From positions 3,040,001 through 3,104,000 of the forward strand of contig OY970320.1 in assembly GCA_963716745.1 (NCBI GenBank): a DNA stretch of 64,000 nt, given 5' to 3'. Numbering within the stretch: position 1 is the stretch's first letter; every line of letters starts with the position of its first letter. The translations under genes and the position numbers were made by a program. The notes under the pieces are model-generated. The model was not told the origin of the DNA, did no database searches, and saw nothing but the letters and a program-made list of their open reading frames with translations. The stretch is from an uncultured Gemmatimonadaceae bacterium (GTDB lineage Bacteria; Gemmatimonadota; Gemmatimonadetes; Gemmatimonadales; Gemmatimonadaceae). This document shows, one piece after another, positions 62,065 to 64,000 of the stretch.

Positions 62065-63321
62065 GACGCGCGCTGGTCCTCGCGGCGCTGCTCGCGTGGG
62101 CGCCGGCCTCCGCGCGCGCGCAACATCTGCTCGTGCCGATGGACGATGCGCAGTCGAACCATCTCAAGGCGTACGGCCTCACGTACAACGCGCTGCACGA
62201 CGGCGCGAAGGGTGAGTGGCTGCTCAATTATCGCGGCGGCAGTTTCCTCCTGCCCGACACGCCAGAGCTTCGCCGGCGCGCGGCGCTCGATGGGATCACC
62301 GTGTCGCCCACCGGCGACGCCGCGCTCGCGGCGATCCGCGCCGAGATGGCGGGCGGCAACATGGAGGCCGTACCACTCGAGCGCGCGCCCAAGATCGCGA
62401 TCTACACGGCGCCGTACTCCGCGCCGTGGGACGACGCGGTGACGCTCGCGCTGCGCTACGCCGGCATCCCGTATGACACCGTGTGGGACGGCAGCGTGCT
62501 GCACGGCGCACTTCAGAAGTACGACTGGCTGCATCTCTTCCACGAGGACTTCACCGGGCAGCTCGGGAAGTTCTACATCTCCGTATCGCGGCGCGCCGTG
62601 GTTCCAGGAGCAGGAGGAGGCGAATCTCGCCGAGGCGCGCGCGAACGGATTCCCGAACGTTCCCGCGCTCAAGAAGGCAGTGGCCGAGCGTATCCGCCAG
62701 TACGTGGAGAACGGTGGCTTCCTGTTCGCGATGTGCGGCGCCACGGAGACGCTCGAGCTCGCGATCGCCGGCGCGAACGTGGACATCGCGGCATCCTACG
62801 CCGATGGCACGCCCGTCGCGCCCGACGCCGATGCGCGCATGCAGTGGGACCGGAGCTTCGCCTTCCGCGATGCGCACGTGGAGACGGCCGAGTTCGTGAA
62901 TTCGATGAGCGACATCGACGGCCACCAGGCCAACGTGCCCAGCCGCCGCCAGCCGCTCGGCTCATTCACGCTCTTCGCGTTCAGCGCCAAGTTCGATCCG
63001 GTGGCGAGCATGCTCGTGCAGGATCACCGCAGCGTGATCCCGGATTTTTATGGTGTCACGACCAGTTTCTTGAGGAGAACGCTGAAGCCCGGCGTCACGA
63101 TCCTCGCGGAAGAACCCGGCGCGCCATGGGTGAAGTACATCCACGGTGACTATGGGAAGGGAAGCTGGACCTTCCTGGGCGGCCACGACCCCGAGGATCC
63201 GCAGCATGCGATCGGCAATCCGCCCACCGATCTGTCACTGCACCCGAATTCTCCGGGCTACCGCTTGATCCTGAATAACGTGCTGTTCCCGGCGGCGAAG
63301 CGGAAACCGCTCAAGACGTGA
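62061..63321 (+). CDS. Conserved secreted hypothetical protein, family often labelled 'asparagine synthetase B' (frameshift near 62580)
   Basis: LLVPMDDAQSNHLKAYG, WLLNYRGGSF, YDWLHLFHEDFTGQ, GHDPED, GYRLILNNVLFPAA. Confidence 0.75.
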
Positions 63322-64000
63322 CGCCCGCGCGCGCGCCGGCTGCACCGCCGGGCGAAGAGACGCGGATCCGTCCCGCCGCGGCCGCCGCGATGCGTGCCGC
63401 GATCGCACTCGCCGGGGGCCGCGAGGTCTGTTTCGTGGGAACGATCGGCGATGATGGCGCCATCGCGACCGCGCGCGTAGTGGCGCGCGGCGACGTGAGC
63501 AGCGTGCTCGCGCTGCCGGGCTTCGCATCGCGCGGCGAGATGCTCGTGCACAACCATCCGAGCGGCGAACTCACGCCGAGCGATGCCGATCTCTCGGTCG
63601 CTTCGCGAATCCACGACGATGGCGTGGGCTTCGCGATCATCGACAACGCGGCCAAGCGCATGTACGTCGTGGTCGAGGTGCCGCGTGACCGGGCCGTCGC
63701 GCGTCTCGATCCGCGCGCCGTGGGCGATGCGCTCGGCGCTGGCGGTCCGATCGCCGCGCACCTCGCGATGTGGGAGGACCGTCCGAGCCAGCGAGCGATG
63801 GCAGAGCGCATCGCCAAGCTCTACAACGGCGGCGGCATTGCGCTCTTCGAAGCCGGCACCGGGGTGGGGAAGTCCCTCGGCTATCTCGTGCCGGCGCTGC
63901 GCTGGTCGGCCGCCAACGGCGAACGCACGATCGTGAGCACGAACACGATCAACTTGCAGGAGCAGCTGGTGGGGAAGGACCTGCCGTTCTTGCGCGACGC
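63318..64000 (+). CDS. JAB/RadC-like domain fused to DinG-family helicase (3' partial)
   Basis: GREV...HNHPSGELTPSDAD JAB motif, RPSQ Q-motif, EAGTGVGKS, STNTINLQEQL. Confidence 0.88.
   Translation, partial: MTPARAPAAPPGEETRIRPAAAAAMRAAIALAGGREVCFVGTIGDDGAIATARVVARGDVSSVLALPGFASRGEMLVHNHPSGELTPSDADLSVASRIHDDGVGFAIIDNAAKRMYVVVEVPRDRAVARLDPRAVGDALGAGGPIAAHLAMWEDRPSQRAMAERIAKLYNGGGIALFEAGTGVGKSLGYLVPALRWSAANGERTIVSTNTINLQEQLVGKDLPFLRD

Noticed and set aside
60570..63149. 859-aa TPR fusion to the downstream conserved protein
   Set aside because: Created by frameshifts near 61975 and 62580; the downstream gene has its own GTG and signal peptide

Overview
High-GC bacterial chromosomal window. Gene content and order suggest a Gemmatimonadota-like organism (inference). 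It is mostly housekeeping: lepB, a short sigma-70, yajQ, rimO, lnt, rpmE-prfA-prmC-tmk, aroF, smc, rpsF-rpsR-rplI, ychF-pth-rplY-prs-tRNA-Gln-ispE, pdxJ, mce, trxA, rsmI and a JAB-DinG helicase. About 14 genes, several essential, carry single frameshifts that look like long-read assembly errors. The most unusual signal is non-coding: at least seven intergenic long-palindrome or repeat-arm elements (about 986, 20224, 26074, 41168, 44751, 50836, 52641). Four share an inner GGCATGACAA...TTGTCATGCC inverted core with interchangeable 7/14-bp periodic outer arms. Two others share sequence with a 66-bp inverted repeat that encloses a four-helix-bundle (23S rRNA IVS protein / Avd-like) gene at 55017-55430. 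Copies of that arm also bracket an accessory block between trxA and rsmI. I saw no transposase, integrase or reverse transcriptase. Other highlights are a six-gene envelope-linked cyclic-nucleotide signalling operon, two apparent CTG starts overlapping upstream stops, a His-less multi-Hpt protein and a degenerate GH1 protein.
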